Below, piece by piece: positions 10,558 to 24,445 of a stretch of 64,000 nt of DNA; positions within the stretch are counted from its first letter, which is position 1; each line of letters starts with the position of its first letter. The stretch is from Lama guanicoe (lineage: Eukaryota). The position numbers and the translations under genes were made by a program. Where the stretch lies: NCBI GenBank assembly GCA_013239625.1, contig MU053557.1, positions 3,316,123 to 3,380,122 on the forward strand, in the 5' to 3' direction. The notes below the pieces were generated by a model, which did no database searches, had not been told where the DNA came from, and was given only the letters and a program-made list of their open reading frames with translations.

Positions 10558-11631
10558 TTGGAACATGTGTAGACGATCCCGGCTCTACAATGTGCCTCGG
10601 TTCAAAAAACTGATCTGAAAATGCCTTCACCTATCAGACTTAGAGCCCTCATCTGTAAATGGGAACAATAATTATAGTTATTTCACAGCGCTGACCAGCC
10701 AGAAGAGTAAATGAAGTATTGCATGCAGCAGGCTTATTGGAACATTTTGTGCTTTTTATGAAACTCTGACTTTTATAATTATAGCTGGGGATAGATTTAT
10801 GGAGGGAGGTGGCCTTGGGTCCTGGAAAGGAGAAAAATTATAGAATGTTTCAGGCCCAAGTCCAGGGATTCAGGGGTTTTGGAGAATAAAGGCATCTGCA
10901 ATTTATCTTCTCACTCTAGGGTACAAAGTTAGTGAAACAATTTACACATCTGTAAAGTTTCAAGTAAGCTACACTGGTTTAACACATTGACGCTTGAACA
11001 TAATTTCCCAAACCACATTTCCACAGACAGTAGTCCAAAAAAAATTTTTTTGTAAGTTACCTCCCTGAATCCTATAAAGAGAGGTACTTGGGTCAAATAT
11101 ATTTGAAAAAAATCAGCATATTTGGAAATTCATGATGTATATTAGGATAAAGGCTCTGAGCAGGCCGATGTGAAATTCACATCTTTCAGCGTTAACCAGA
11201 TACATTTGAATATGAAGCATTGGTTGTTGTTTCCATCGCTGCTGCTGGCTGTTGTTTGGAGTGAGGCAACGGAAGGGTGCACGCATGCATATCCTGAAGG
11301 ATGGAGGCCCAAGGGACTTGACTTGGGAGCTCTGCTCTCAGATTATTCCCAAGAGTGCAGCTGGCTGTGAGCTGGCTCACTCAGATGTGTGATGTCAGCT
11401 CAAGTGTTTGCCAGCAGGATGTCTAGTCCATCCAAAAAAGTTTCTTTGCAACAATTATGGTGACAGCAGGCATTGCTCTAAAGTAGTGGCTTGAAAGGGC
11501 AGGAATTCTGAAGACTCAGGAGCTGAGTCGTCTTAGCAGGTTGAACGAGGCAGCCATCTCTCTGGGGGAAGTATCTTTGCAGCAAAGTGTAAGTGGCTTT
11601 TAATTAGCTGAGCTTCTGGGGGGTGGGAATT

Positions 11632-11747
11632 GGGAGGGCATAGCTCAATGGTAGAGTGCATGCTTAATGTGCACAAGGTCCTGGGCTCAATTCCCAGTAT
11701 CATTAAAAAAATAAATAAAACTAATAATCTCCTCCTCCCCCAAAAAA
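11632..11747 (+). mobile_element. tRNA-derived SINE (camelid vic-1-like)
   Basis: gggagggcatagctcaatggtagagtgcatgctta...ggtcctgggctcaattcccag (A/B boxes), A-rich tail, flanking direct repeat aattagctgag. Confidence 0.8.
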
Positions 11748-14639
11748 GGTGGGGGTCTTAAAAAATTAGCTGAGTTTTGAAGATGTTTTATTATCCACTT
11801 GTTTCTAAAAACTTATAAAACTTAATTTACGCCAATTCTTTCGTACTGTAGTTAACAGAGTGCATTAAAGGTCAGGGTGTTGGGTAAGGACTGAGAATGT
11901 AGGGAGTATGTGTTAGATGCTGGAAAAGAGGAAAGGAGGGGAGGAAAACAGAGAAAGAGAATGGTGAAGCTATGGTCTCTCAATTTGAGAGAATATATAT
12001 ATGTACATGCAATATATAGATTAATATCCTTATGATAAATCAGTAACTGCAGTTTTAGATTTATGTAGATGTGTAATTTGCTTTTGAGGGGAGTGGAAAA
12101 ACCCAAAAGATAGCTGATGGAAATTTCCATTTTTTTTAATGTATTTACAGCGATCTAACCTGTAACCTAAAGTTCGCTGTGACTAAACTTTTGTGAATTA
12201 CTTAGTATCTCACAGGTTGCTGGCACTGCATCAGGAGAACTTCCTGAGTCCCCCCCACTCAGTCTAATGCACTGTGTCTTTGGAAAATCTCTTTCCCTTA
12301 AGTGTTCCTTATTTTATTCCTCTGTAAACGGAGAATAACAAGGATGTTTCTTGGTTTTCATGAAGCAAATGATATACTGAAGTTATTCCTAAATATCTGC
12401 CTGCATACTGAGGGTTAGTTCCATGACAAAGTCATCAGGGGTACACAGTAGAAAAAGAAAAACAAGGTAAGTGTTGTGAGTATTACAGCTTATACAATTA
12501 AAAAATGGAGATAAATTCTTTCTGCTCTGTGGTTTAAAATCTTCTTTATTTTACCAAATACCTTTCTGAGGTTTCTCCCTATTTCCCGCCCCCCCCCATT
12601 TTATTAGTAGGAAGAATCTCAAAGTCCCAGCACTGATGTGCTGATGATACAGAAACACTGGACTCAATACAGATGTGAGTCAGTGTTCCCATAAATTTTG
12701 CTTTCATATGCATTTTCCTCTTTGTCTAGCAGTAGGGAGAGAGAGATAGATCTTCAGATAGAACATTTTTGGCTAAGACCGTCTCAGAAACAGTGTTTTT
12801 GAATAGCTGCCTTACACATGTCACTGGTGCCTATAGAAGCAAAGTGAATGGCTCCCAAGGGCCTGGCCTTTGTGGGTGCGGCCTCATTAGCACTGAACCT
12901 CTACAGACGGCAACAGCCCAGAGACCTGGGAGAAAGCCAGGGGAATTCCTCATCCAAGTGTCTCTGGCCATTGTCACAAAGCCAAATATGACTGATCTCC
13001 TGTGCGTCACTGGCATCCTCTGTCTCTTTTCTCCCCTGTTCACGCCAGTTGCCTCAGGCTCATTCCTTAATTCACTTGAGAGAACGTCCACTGGGGTCCA
13101 CTGCTTGTCAGGTACCACGCTGAGCTCTTTTCATCCATTACTATCTCATTTAATTCACACAACAGTTGAGTGAGGCACGTCTTCTTTTCCTCCTCCATTT
13201 TCACAAATGAGGGCGTGGGGTCAGACGGCCACGTGCCGTGCAAGGGCCACTGATCAAGAGTCACCGGGTGGTGTTCAAGCCCAGGTGTCTCATACTCTGA
13301 AGGTCACAGTGTGGACCATGGAAAGACACGTCCTTCAGTACTGCAGGGAGACCTAGCGGGGCAACAGTAAAAGCGAGGACTTTGGAAATATTCAGACCTC
13401 TGTTGTGGCCAATGTTCTTTTAAGTTTTTTGGCAAGTTGAGAAACTAATTGTGTCTAACATTTATGGTTGTTGTCATGACTAAATTAAATACTGTATGTA
13501 AAGCCCTGGAATTCATAGTAAGCTTTTGTGAAACAGCGACGGTCAGTAATAATGTTAACAATAGTAATTGGGTGGTGATGTGAGTTGTATGAGACTTTGT
13601 GGGAGATGAGAAATAGATATAACAACGTAGCAGGAAGCTTGGTGGTGGGTTCAGAGTTGGGTGGGACACTTGAAGGATTGTAATCAGAGGTGAGAAGATG
13701 ATCAGAGGTGGGTTCCAGGGTGGGGAGGGCATCCTTATTGAGTCCATCCTGGCCTGGTGGGACCCTGGCACCCTTAGGAATGGAGTAGGGGTTTGGGTCT
13801 GGCCACCTAGTGCACAGAGCTTTGCTTCACCCCTGCTGGGTAGGGGCATGACCAGTGAGGGATGAGGGTCATGCAGCTGAGACCTCGGGAAAGGAGTTTG
13901 CATGGAAGGGCAGCGGAGCCAGGCTCCCAAGGGGAAGCCCTCCACCCAGGCTGTCTGGTGTGTGCTGAGAAGTGGAGTCAGTCTCTGGTTACCTTGGCCA
14001 AAAACCCTTTCTCACAACAGTCCAGGAACTGAAAGATTAGAATCATTCTGGCAGCTGCTGGCATGTTCTGAACCACGACGTTTGAATTTACTCCAAGGCT
14101 GGGAACCAGCTGCCCCGTGGAGTAAAAGATGAGGGAATTTCACATGTGCGAAAACCTGCAAGGGGAAATCTTGCTCTGGAAGGAAATGAAGTCATGACTT
14201 CTTGCAACACGGCATTTCCTCCAGATTGAGGGATCAGAGCCGTGACTTCGACAGCTTCAGAAACGAAAATCCGCTGGTAGAGTGGACATTTAGAAGCAGG
14301 CAAAATTTTGTGAGTGGGTCATGTTTATCACTGATTTGCACACATTTCCAGTGTAGACGAGGCGTGGAAAGTGTTATAACTTCTCCAGAAGACTCATTTC
14401 TCTTGGTTTTTAATCTTAGGTGTTGTTGTCTGAGAGGAGTGAGGAGTAATGTGCCTAATTTTAATGAATTTTCTTGCATTTCCTGTACATTTATACATAG
14501 CCCCTCAAGAAATAATTTAGTTAAGAGTTATTGAGTATCTGCTAGCTGCACTGTCATAGATAAATATGTATATTTATGGCCATGTGTTTATACTGTCATA
14601 GATAGATACAAATGTACATCTATTCATCCATCCATCCAT

Positions 14640-17270
14640 ATATTTAACCTATTTTGGAATAATTATAGATCTACAGGAAGTTACAAAGATAGTACTGACA
14701 GCTTCCTGTGTATACTTCACCCAGTCTTCTCCAATGATTACATCCAATGTAAGCTCTTACATCTTATACTGAAGTATAATGCTACATCAAAACCAGGAAA
14801 CTGACGCTGGTACAAAGTATGTCCAGTTCTATGTCATTTTGTTACATGCATAAGTTACTGTAACCACTCCCAGACCCAAGAAACAGAGCTATTCTATCAC
14901 CGCAAAGATTTTCCTCATGTTACCCCTTTTTAGCCACACCTATTTTTCTCTTCCACCATCCCTGACCCCTGCCAACCACTAATTTGTTCTCCATCTCTGT
15001 AACTTTGACATTCTGAGAATGTTGCAGACATGGAATCACATAGAAGGTGACCTCTTAAGACTGGCTCTTTTCACTCAACATAATCCCTTAAGATCCACCC
15101 AAGTCACATGGATCAGTAGTTCATTACTTTTTATTGCTGAGTAATACTCTAGGGTATGGTTGTACCACAATTTTGTTTAAGCAATTGTCCTTTTGAAAAG
15201 ACATTTCGATTATTTCAGTTTTTTGAAGTTACAAATAAAGCTGCTGTGAACAATAATGTATGGGATTCATTTGGACATAGGTTTTCATTTCTAAGAGGTT
15301 AATGCCCAGGAGTGTGGTAGGTTGCGTGGTAAGTGTATGCACAGTTTTCTTTTAAGAAAGCACCAAAGTATTTTCCCGAGCAGCTGCACTATTTTACATC
15401 TCTACCTGCAACTGATGAGAGATCCAGTTTCTCCACATCCTTGACAGCATTTGATATTGTCACTGTTTTTTAACTGTTCTGTTAGGTTTTTAGTAACATC
15501 TTATCATAGTCTTAATTTGTATTCCCATCAGCTGCATTGCCATATTTAAATAGCCTTATTGGGGTGTAACTCACTTACCACATAATTCCCTTTTAAAGTG
15601 TGCAATTCAGTAGCTCTTAGTTTGCTCACAGAGTACTACATCCATCACAACAATTTTAGAGTATTTTTAATACCCCTGAACAAATTTCTTATCCCTCAGC
15701 TATAACATTCCTCTTCTACCCCATCCCAGCTCCAGACTACCACTGATCTATTTACTATCTCAGTAGATTCGCCTATTCTGGATTTTTTTTTCTTACTTTC
15801 TTTGGAGGGGAGGTCAATAGGCCTATTTATTTATTATTAGGGTTTTAACTTTTTTTTTTTTGGCAGAGGTGCTGGGGATCGAACCCAGGACCTCATGCAT
15901 ACTAAGCATGTGCTTTACCATTTGAGCTATACCCTCCCCTATTCTGGACTTTTTATATAAGTGGCATCAGACAATAGGTAGCCCTTTGTGACCTGCGTCT
16001 TTCCCTAGGCATAAAGTTTTCAAGTTCCATCCACACTGTAGCATCTATTGTTACTTCATTATTGTCAAATAAGGCTCCAACGTACGGCTAAACCACGTTT
16101 TTATTTATCCATTTATCAGGTGATGGATATTTGGGTGGTTTCACTTTTGGGCTATGATTAATCATGCTGCTATGAACGTTTGTGCGCAAGTTTTTGTGTG
16201 GACATGTTATCAGTTCTCCCTGGCGTGCACCAAGGGGGCTAATTGCTAGGTCACATGGTAGCTGTGTGTTTAACCATTCGAGGGACTGCAGACTGTCTTT
16301 CAGAATGGCAGCACCACTTCCCATTCCCACCAGCAGCGTATGAGGGGTCCGATTTCTCTATATCCTTGCCGGCAGTTATTGGTACCTTTCTTTTTGATTA
16401 GTGTCATCCTATGGGTGTGAAGTGGTATCTTAACTGTGATCTGCAATTCCCTGATGTCTAATGATGGTGAGCATCTTTGCATGTCTTGGTTGGCCATTTG
16501 TATATCTCCTTTAGTGACCTATTTTGATACCTTGCTTACTGCTTAACTGGTTATTTGCTTTTTACTATTGAGCTTGAAAGATCTGTTTTTATATTTTAGA
16601 CACAGATCTCTTACCAGATATCTGATTTTCCAAATTTTCTCTTATTCTGTGGGTTGTCTTTTTACTTTCTTGAGACTGCCTTTTTTTAAAATTGAAGTAC
16701 AGTCGATGTACAATATTGTGTTAGTTTCTGGTGTACATCACAGTGAGTCATTTATACATATATATACACATTCCTTTTCATATTCTTTTTTTATTATAGG
16801 GCATTACAAGGTATTGAATATAGTCCCCTGTGTTGGACCTTGTTGTTTATCTATTTTGTATATAGTGTGTACAAGTCCCGAACTCCCAATTTATCCCTCC
16901 TCACCCCTCTTTCTCCCTGGTAACCGTAAACTTGTTTTCTATGCTGAGACAGTCTTTAGAAGTACAAAAGTTTTTAATTTTGATCATGTCCAGTTTAATT
17001 ATTTTTTCTTTTGTTGCTTGTGCTTTTGTTGTCGTATCTAAGAAAACATGGCCTAATCCAAGAGCATGAAGAGTTACAGCTTTTTTCTAAGAGCTTTATA
17101 CTTACATTTAGGCCTACAATACATTTTAATTTTTGTATCTGGTGTGAAGTAGGGGTCCAGATTCTTTCTCTTACATGTAGATATCCAGTTGTACCAGCAC
17201 CATTTGTTAGAAAGACTATTTCTCCTCTATTTAAATTGTCTTGGCACTCTTATCAAAATCAATTGACTGT
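14640..17270 (-). mobile_element. Cluster of nested old L1 3' fragments (L1M-type) with younger SINE and L1 insertions; boundaries approximate
   Basis: Typical antisense L1 3' UTR and ORF2 text; degenerate ORF2-like peptides in ORFs 16088..16330(-) and 16300..16497(-). Confidence 0.8.
15783..15938 (-). mobile_element. tRNA-derived SINE (vic-1-like) inserted in L1
   Basis: ggggatcgaacccaggacctcatgcatactaagcatg...tgagctataccctcccc; TSD ctattctgga on both sides. Confidence 0.82.
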
Positions 17271-19318
17271 ATGCCGTATTTTTTTAGAACTTTTTTTTGT
17301 GTCCCCAAACTCCAGTTCCTGAGAACTAAGCTATTTAAGCTTCCAAAGGATTAGCTAATGTTGATCTAAAGCTTCAGGAGCAAGGACTTTTAAAGCTAAG
17401 GAGAGTCACTTGTCCTTGATCTTAAATGAGATCCAGACACTTTTTAGAGAGCCACTTGAGACCTGGACAAGAGGAGATAACGCAGTGGCTTTGGGTAACT
17501 GTAGGGAGAAGGGGAATGAGGGAAAGGGGCCTAGAGCATGTGACAATCCTAAAGGTCAACTTTACTGTTTCAGGTCCCCCCGCCCCCCCTAGTTTTTCAG
17601 ATGTACTTTTAATTAGTCCTGGATTTTGTTCGTCTGGTCTCCCTCTATCCTCCAGGGTAGAGAATAGCCTCACTCTGGTTAAACATGCAAGATTGTGCAT
17701 CAGATGAACACGGGATCTAATCCCGGGTCCTTTGTTACTTCCTCCCTGCTTGATCTCTTCCAACTTCAGTTTCTTCTTTTGCAAAATTGACATAACAATT
17801 ATGTCTACCTCAATGGAGGTTATGACTACTGGATTGTACAAACAGCTACATAGCACAGCGCCATGGCACATTTAAAGCATCACCTACTATTATTTTCTCT
17901 ATCCAAAATAAAATCTTATCTGCCCTGTGTCCTACTCCCTTGGATCCTGCACTGTAAGATGGGATAATCATTAGCTATTAATGTCATACCACTGACTTTA
18001 AAAAATCCTACCAACCTCTTAGTAGGTTTGACATATTTTGGGGGGATGGGGGATAGTGGAGAAGATTTCAATTTCTTTTACTCTTCAATTTCCTGAGTGC
18101 ATTACAAACTATTAATTTACATTCACCACTTGGGGGTTTTAAGTGTCCTAAAGTGATACTAGGCTTCCATTCACTTGTGATAGAAAGGGAAAAAGTCCAG
18201 GAATCTGTAAAACCCCACGGTCCTTCCACTTACTCCCTAGGACTGTAGGCAAGTTGCTCACCTTCTGTGAGCCTCCCTGTTACCACTTGTAAAATGGGGG
18301 TAAAATCCTAGCCTGGACTGTTGTATACAGTTGATGTGACATTCAAAGGAGGTAAAAACTGGGCTGAGATTTAAAAATTGTAAAATTTGCTACATCTGAG
18401 GGTGATTGTGTTATTTCATTGAAATACACAGCAAGGTGAACTGGCAAAGTATCAATATCAATTTTTTTTTGTTATTTTTCATTAGTGTTGTGCTACTGTA
18501 TCAGGGTCCATAGGGAAGAGATTGGCCACAACTTCAGCTGTGAAGCAAAGCAGGGAGTTGAGTACAAAAGCAGAGTTGTTGGTCAAGGCTCTAAGATGTC
18601 CTGAAGGGTTAATGCTCAGGATTTCTGCATTCTTTTTTGAAACCGTAGTGGGCTGGCTTTCTCCACGCCTCCTTTCTTAGTGGTATGATCTTTGGGAACA
18701 GGAAATAGATGAACTCAACTTATAATTTTAAGGGCCTTAATTTTAGGGCCAAAGAAATGGTCCCACAGGCTCTGGTCTGGTCATTTAAGAAATGTGATAC
18801 TTCATTTTGTGTGTGTGTTTGTTGCGCGTGTGTGCGCACGTGTGCATGCGTGGTAACAACAAACCTATTTGAAGTTCACCAATTCTTATAGTTGAACATC
18901 AGTTTCTTTTGTTACATTCAAGTATAATGAAATTATTTAAATAGGATCTCCTATAGAACGCCATCTCCCTAAAAGTAACCTCAGCCCCTCTCCTTTCATC
19001 TGTGTATGCACAAAGAAAGATGTCTAAGATGACGGCCACCTAATGATACTGATGATTCATTCTGTGTGGTATGATCTGGGGGAAATTTTTACTGTGGTCT
19101 CTACATTTTCCTATATTTTTGAGGGTTTCCCCCAATTTTTACTTTTAAAATAATTATAAACACAGTTGGGAAAATAGTACAGAGTCCCATGTAGTTTCTC
19201 CCTATGGCAACAACTTATGACTGCAGCACGATGACAAGGCCAGGACAGTGACATTGGTACAACACCAACTGCAGACTTGATTCAGATTTCACCAGTGTTC
19301 ACGTGTGTTGATTTGTGG

Positions 19319-19849
19319 TGATGGAAGAGGGAAGAAAAACCTGGCTCCATATTAGATATGTTCCTTTAGCTCTAACCCTGCGCTGTTTCCTGTGCTTAGT
19401 CATGCTGGTTCTGCACCTTTTGTAAAAGAATATTGCCTAGAGCTTGAAATAAACAAGACAGCCCATTCTCAAGGCCCTGATCTTTAAGGGTATTAACACT
19501 TTTCCATTCACATAGAGATAAAGAGTTGCAGAACAGAGGACAACCTTTGTCTTGCTGGAGGTTTATAGGCACATCCTGACCTGACCGAGGTGGAGAGCTG
19601 CAAGAACAAAGGATTCTGAAGCCAAGAAGTTTGCAACAACCAACCACCCCGCCTCCGCTTTTAAAATAAAAGGAACCTGAAATCTGACTTGGGGAAGACG
19701 GTTCTCTAGGACATTATTCTGCCACCTTTTCAGTCTGCTGGCTTTTTGGTCTGCTGGCTTTCCAAACAAAGTCGTTATTCCTTGCCCCAATACCTCGTCT
19801 CCTGATTTATTGGCCTGTTGTGCAAGCCAGCAGTTTGAACTCGGTAACA
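19319..19849 (+). mobile_element. Solo LTR (ERV1-type, artiodactyl-like)
   Basis: TG...CA termini (tgatggaag...ctcggtaaca), ~530 bp, LTR-like 3' end ttattggcctgttgtgc; no TSD seen. Confidence 0.65.
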
Positions 19850-20029
19850 CTAACACTCCGTCTTTACATACTCCTCAGTGAGCACTGCTGTTAGAGTGGT
19901 GGGGGTGGGGCACGGAGCACATTGCACTTTATAGGGATAAACACATACCTATTTCGAAAAGTCACATTATCTGTCACTCATAGGGTAGCCAATTGGCAGA
20001 AAGTTACCTCATCCTTCCAAAACTACTGG

Positions 20030-20208
20030 TAAGGATGCACTTGAGCTGGCTTGTACCAGACCTGAAGGCCAACTGTTAAACATTCAGGAATTTTGTCATT
20101 GGTAGCTTGAAATCAACCACGGTGGAAGCATTTGCCCCAGAGAAATCTGCAGAGTGTAAACCAAGGCTCTCTCTCTCTTCCCAGAGCCTGCTTACGAGCA
20201 CACCCCTG
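20030..20208 (+). mobile_element. MER63-like hAT DNA transposon relic
   Basis: tgttaaacattcaggaattttg...ttggtagcttgaaatcaaccacggtgg...cccagagcc...agcacacccctg. Confidence 0.55.
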
Positions 20209-21621
20209 TGTGCCTGGCGCTGGCAGTCAGCTTGTCTTCACTGGTCCTCGTTCCCCATACGCCTTCTCCTCAACTGGGTCTCAGTAAAACCTTATTCCCC
20301 GGTAGGACATTTCCTTGTCACTCATGATGCTTTTTCCCTCAGGGCTGTCGACCAGGGCAGCTAGATAGTCTACTCAAAATGAATTTTCAGTTAATGGATT
20401 CTAATTCCTTAATAAATGGCCTTTCTCGGTAACTCCCTCTCATTTTGCCCAGGGACTTTCTGGAATATATTTTTTTTTAACTCCAAGGGGATGTCTGGGG
20501 CATGAGAGAGAGAGGCAGTGGGAGTGTCGGGAGGTAGAAGGAGCCACGGCATCTCGAGTGCCCTCTCTCTTCCCACTAAGCAGGCAGCGCCAACTGTCCA
20601 CACTCAGCGTCAGCACTGCCTTGACTCCCCGAGTCCCATCTTTTTCTCTGTAGGTCCTGGGAAGTCAGCAGTGCCTTCTGTTGAGGCAGATCATGGGAAC
20701 TGGGAAGAGAACCTTGCTTTCAACTTGAAAGGGGGTCACAAGGCCAAGGGAATCTCTGCAGATCACAGTGGATTCTCCAGCTTTGACACAGTGAAGCACT
20801 CTATCCGTTCATCCTTAGGCAACAAAGTGTGCTGTGTTTCCTGTTGCCCTTAGTTCATCACTTACAGATGGAAAAAAAGTCAAAACAAAACCCAAACTTT
20901 GCTATTCTGTCTCTCCCCTTGTCTAAGTACATTGCTCATTTAGCAGACGGCGTGGACTGTCACATGGACAGCCTAATCCAGGTGCTATGGGGGAGTATTA
21001 AATGTCCTCTCAAGGACTCACTCCCTGGAGACAAAGAGCACCCTGGCCGCTCAGTATAGTGGAAAGAGCACAAGCTTTCAAGTGACATGGGAGTTTAAAT
21101 TCTAGCTTGGCCCCTTACTGGCCGAACCAACCCTGGACAAGTGACTAAACTTGTATGTGTAAGTTTCCTTCTTTGTAAATGAAAAGTTGTTAAAAGCATG
21201 AATGAATTACTGGGCCCCCACCCTATACCATGAATTTTAGGTATATTTTTACGCTGTTTCATTTTACTTTATTTAAATTTAATCCTTACCACAACCCTGC
21301 CAGACAAGCCGTATTATTTCCATTTTATGGATGGGAGAACTGAGCCTCAGAGACATTCATCAACTTGATTAAAGTCATAGAACAAATGGGGAACAGAACT
21401 AGGATTCAAAAGACTGCTCTGAAAAATTCTGACACTTGGTAGGGGTTCAGCCCCTGTTATGTTGTTCTTCATTTAATATATAATTTATTCTGTGTTAGCT
21501 ATACTGGTAATTATACTAATATAATTATATATCATAATACATAGGATTATATACTGTACTATACAATGCATTAATTACGTAAATCAATTATATATATATT
21601 TTAAGTAACGGAACAGCAAAA

Positions 21622-22006
21622 TGTAATGGAGCAGGATCCTGTGGTGCCTTCCAGGGTCAGACCTCTCCACCATATCCTCTGCAGGAGCTCCTCTCTGAAG
21701 TACCCAGATAATAGTATCTTATGTATATTTCCTGAGTTTTTCAGATACTAAAAGCCACCACCAAAGGGAAGAAATTAACTACTTGACGATCGAGTGACAC
21801 ACCCCCACCCCATTCCTTACCTGACCTTTGAATGTGCTTTGCTGAAACCCTTCGGGGAGTTTGGGATTTTCCTGGGCAAAAGCCCCTCCGTCCTCCTTGC
21901 TCTGCCCTGCAACAGAAAGAGAAAACCTTTCTCTGCTCCAAACTTCGATGTTTCAGTTTGTTTGGCCTCATGGTGAACTGGGCACATGAACTTGCATCCA
22001 GCAACA
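21622..22006 (+). mobile_element. Solo LTR (ERV1-type) inserted in a MIR-like relic
   Basis: tgtaatggagcagg...cagcaaca termini with a 4-bp AAAA TSD; aaacctttctctgctccaaact R/U5-like motif. Confidence 0.7.
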
Positions 22007-24151
22007 AAAACTTGGAGTCAGATGATCTAACCCACATTTTGGCTCTGCTATTTATTAATTCTGCCAACAGGCCAGTCATTTACACAAGTAATTCTCCTTC
22101 ATACACAGGTATGAGTGAGGCATGGTAGCTGTTCAATAAATATTTGCTGAAGAATGACGAAGTAAACAAATGAATAAACAAATGAGGGAGTAATGTTTAC
22201 AGTCTCTTCTGGGTCTTAAAAAGCGACTCTCCTTATGATGTACACAAATGCAGAATTCAATAGTTAATGCTCAAACAGCAAGTTAATTCTCAGTAGTCAG
22301 AGTCAGAGGTATCTGACCACAGTGGTTCCTTATACTGACCCCCTGTGGTGGCAAGGGGATACTGCAAGGGTTATTGCACTGGCTTCCCAGCTGTCCTGAT
22401 GTTGGCATTTTATTTGCCCAGGATTTGCCCTGCCATTTGTTTGCCCTTCCTCTGCCGCCTATTAACCCTAGCCTGAGCAACAAGACTTTTGCTCGGTCCT
22501 CTACGTAAATTACTGCTTATTCATGTACACTGCAGTGCTCTGGCTGAATACGTTTTGCTTGGTTTTGTCAGAGAGTGCTAGGAGTCCGGAAGGATTGTGA
22601 AGGCTGGGATGTCTGGGGTAAGACGCATATTCTGTTCTTTCATAATTTATGGTCTTATATTCACCTTTGGCACTATATCCTTTGTGCTTATAAATGAACT
22701 GAAAGCATTACAAATAATAAAAATGTGATTTATGAAGCCTGCTGTTGATTAAGCCCTTGTTTATCAGCCACACATTAAAACTTTGGGTACCAATCCTGCT
22801 ACAGATCTTCATTTAAGTCTCACGACAGCCCGACAAAGAAAAGTATCTTATTTATCCCACTTTACAAAAAGGAAAGAGTCTTCAAATGATTCAATTACTC
22901 AGTGACACACACCTAGTGAGAGAGAGGACTGGGACCCAGTCTGTCTGTCTGCTATACACATACTACCTCTCAAAAGAGTAGAAAGAACAGGATGTCAGAA
23001 AGAGAAAAGACCAGCTTAGTTGGAATTCGGCTTTACTTCCATCAGTAATTAAGAGAAAATTGAAGCCCCTTACTTGTTCTGAACTGTGCTTTCTCACAGC
23101 AGCCCTGATAGAACTGAGGAGACGCCAGCACTAAGAAGCAGGGGCCCTTTGTTAATTACAGAGTGACATATAAAATGCTGTTTATGGTTAGGAGTGACAG
23201 ACTAATGGAATAAAATCTTATCTAGCCAATGTTTCGTACAAACAACAAGAAATTATTGCTGTTTCTCATTCTTGCACTTCTTAGGAGGTAAATATTTTTT
23301 AAGAACAATTTTTTTCTTTAAAAATTCCTTTAGGAAACATAATATGTTTTGGCAAAGATATTTAAAACATAACACTGTTATTTAAAAAAATTTTAAGTAC
23401 TTCACATAGAGAAACTCTAGACACAGTAACAGACCTTCCCTTGTCTGTTCTGTGGGGAGGACTTGTTTGGAGGTGGAGAATTAGGGCGTCAGTGTGACGA
23501 ACTGCCTTGACGCCTTTTGTCTGGCATCTTAGCGAGTCTGGAACATTTGGAGGCTCTGTAATTGGTCACTAAGTTTCCCTGAGCCTTTGTGTTTGCAAAT
23601 GAATTTGCTGCTGGGGTAAAAACAACCCAGCTTCCTTGCAGTGAGGAGAGACTGAAAAAAAACAAGATGGTGAAAAATCGCGCCTGAAAAGTGGACAAGG
23701 CAGTGTTTCTGTTTAGATTATTGCTTTCATATGGAAGAGAAACACAAAACCAAGGGACACAAAACACCAAATAAAATCAACTTCAGATTTCTTTGAGCCG
23801 ACCCTTGTTCCTGGACTGATAGACAAATGCTCCCCTCCTGTGGTCAGAGGGTAGAATACAGGGGAAGGGAGCGCTTCACCAGCAGGATAAGGTGAAGCCA
23901 GAGGGGAACGTGTTCGGGTTTTTTTTTTTCCCCGCAAGTTTTCTGAAAAGCTTTTGGTTTATGGACCAAAGTTATTGTTCATAAAATAAGATAACGAAAG
24001 GACGAAATTAAAAAAACCTTATATAATAATGAAACCAACCAACAAAAATCCAGAAACAACAACAAAATATATTTCCAAAAAAAAAAACCCAGCCCAGTTT
24101 ACCTGTTTCCTGGAGCCTTCTTTTATCATCCAAAGAGAAGTGGTGCTTCTC

Positions 24152-24445
24152 TAAAAAGTAAAACAAATACAACAAAACAGAAATAGCCTCACAGATACGT
24201 AGAACACGCTCCTGGTTACCCACGGGGAGCGGGGTGGGGCGAGGGGAACGATGGGGAAAGGGATTGAGGGCCAATCACCAGATATAAAATAAGTAAGATA
24301 CCAGGAGGTAATGTACAGCACAGAGAATATAGCCAATATTTTACAGTAACTTTAAATGGTGTATAATCTATAAAAACATTGTCACTGTGTTGTACACCTG
24401 AAACTAACATAATATTGTAAATCAACTGTATTTCAATTAAAAAAA
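24152..24445 (+). mobile_element. L1 3' end fragment
   Basis: gaaatagcctcacagatacgtagaacacgctcctggttacc...tacacctgaaactaacataatattgtaaatcaactgtatttcaattaaaaaaa. Confidence 0.75.

Noticed and set aside
11632..11700. tRNA gene
   Set aside because: It has an A-rich tail, a TSD and three diverged sister copies in the window, so it is a SINE.
12769..14534. Several 100-166 aa ORFs (12769+, 13445-, 14202+)
   Set aside because: Non-ATG starts or low-complexity composition, overlap with MIR/L2-like relics, and no splice or domain support.
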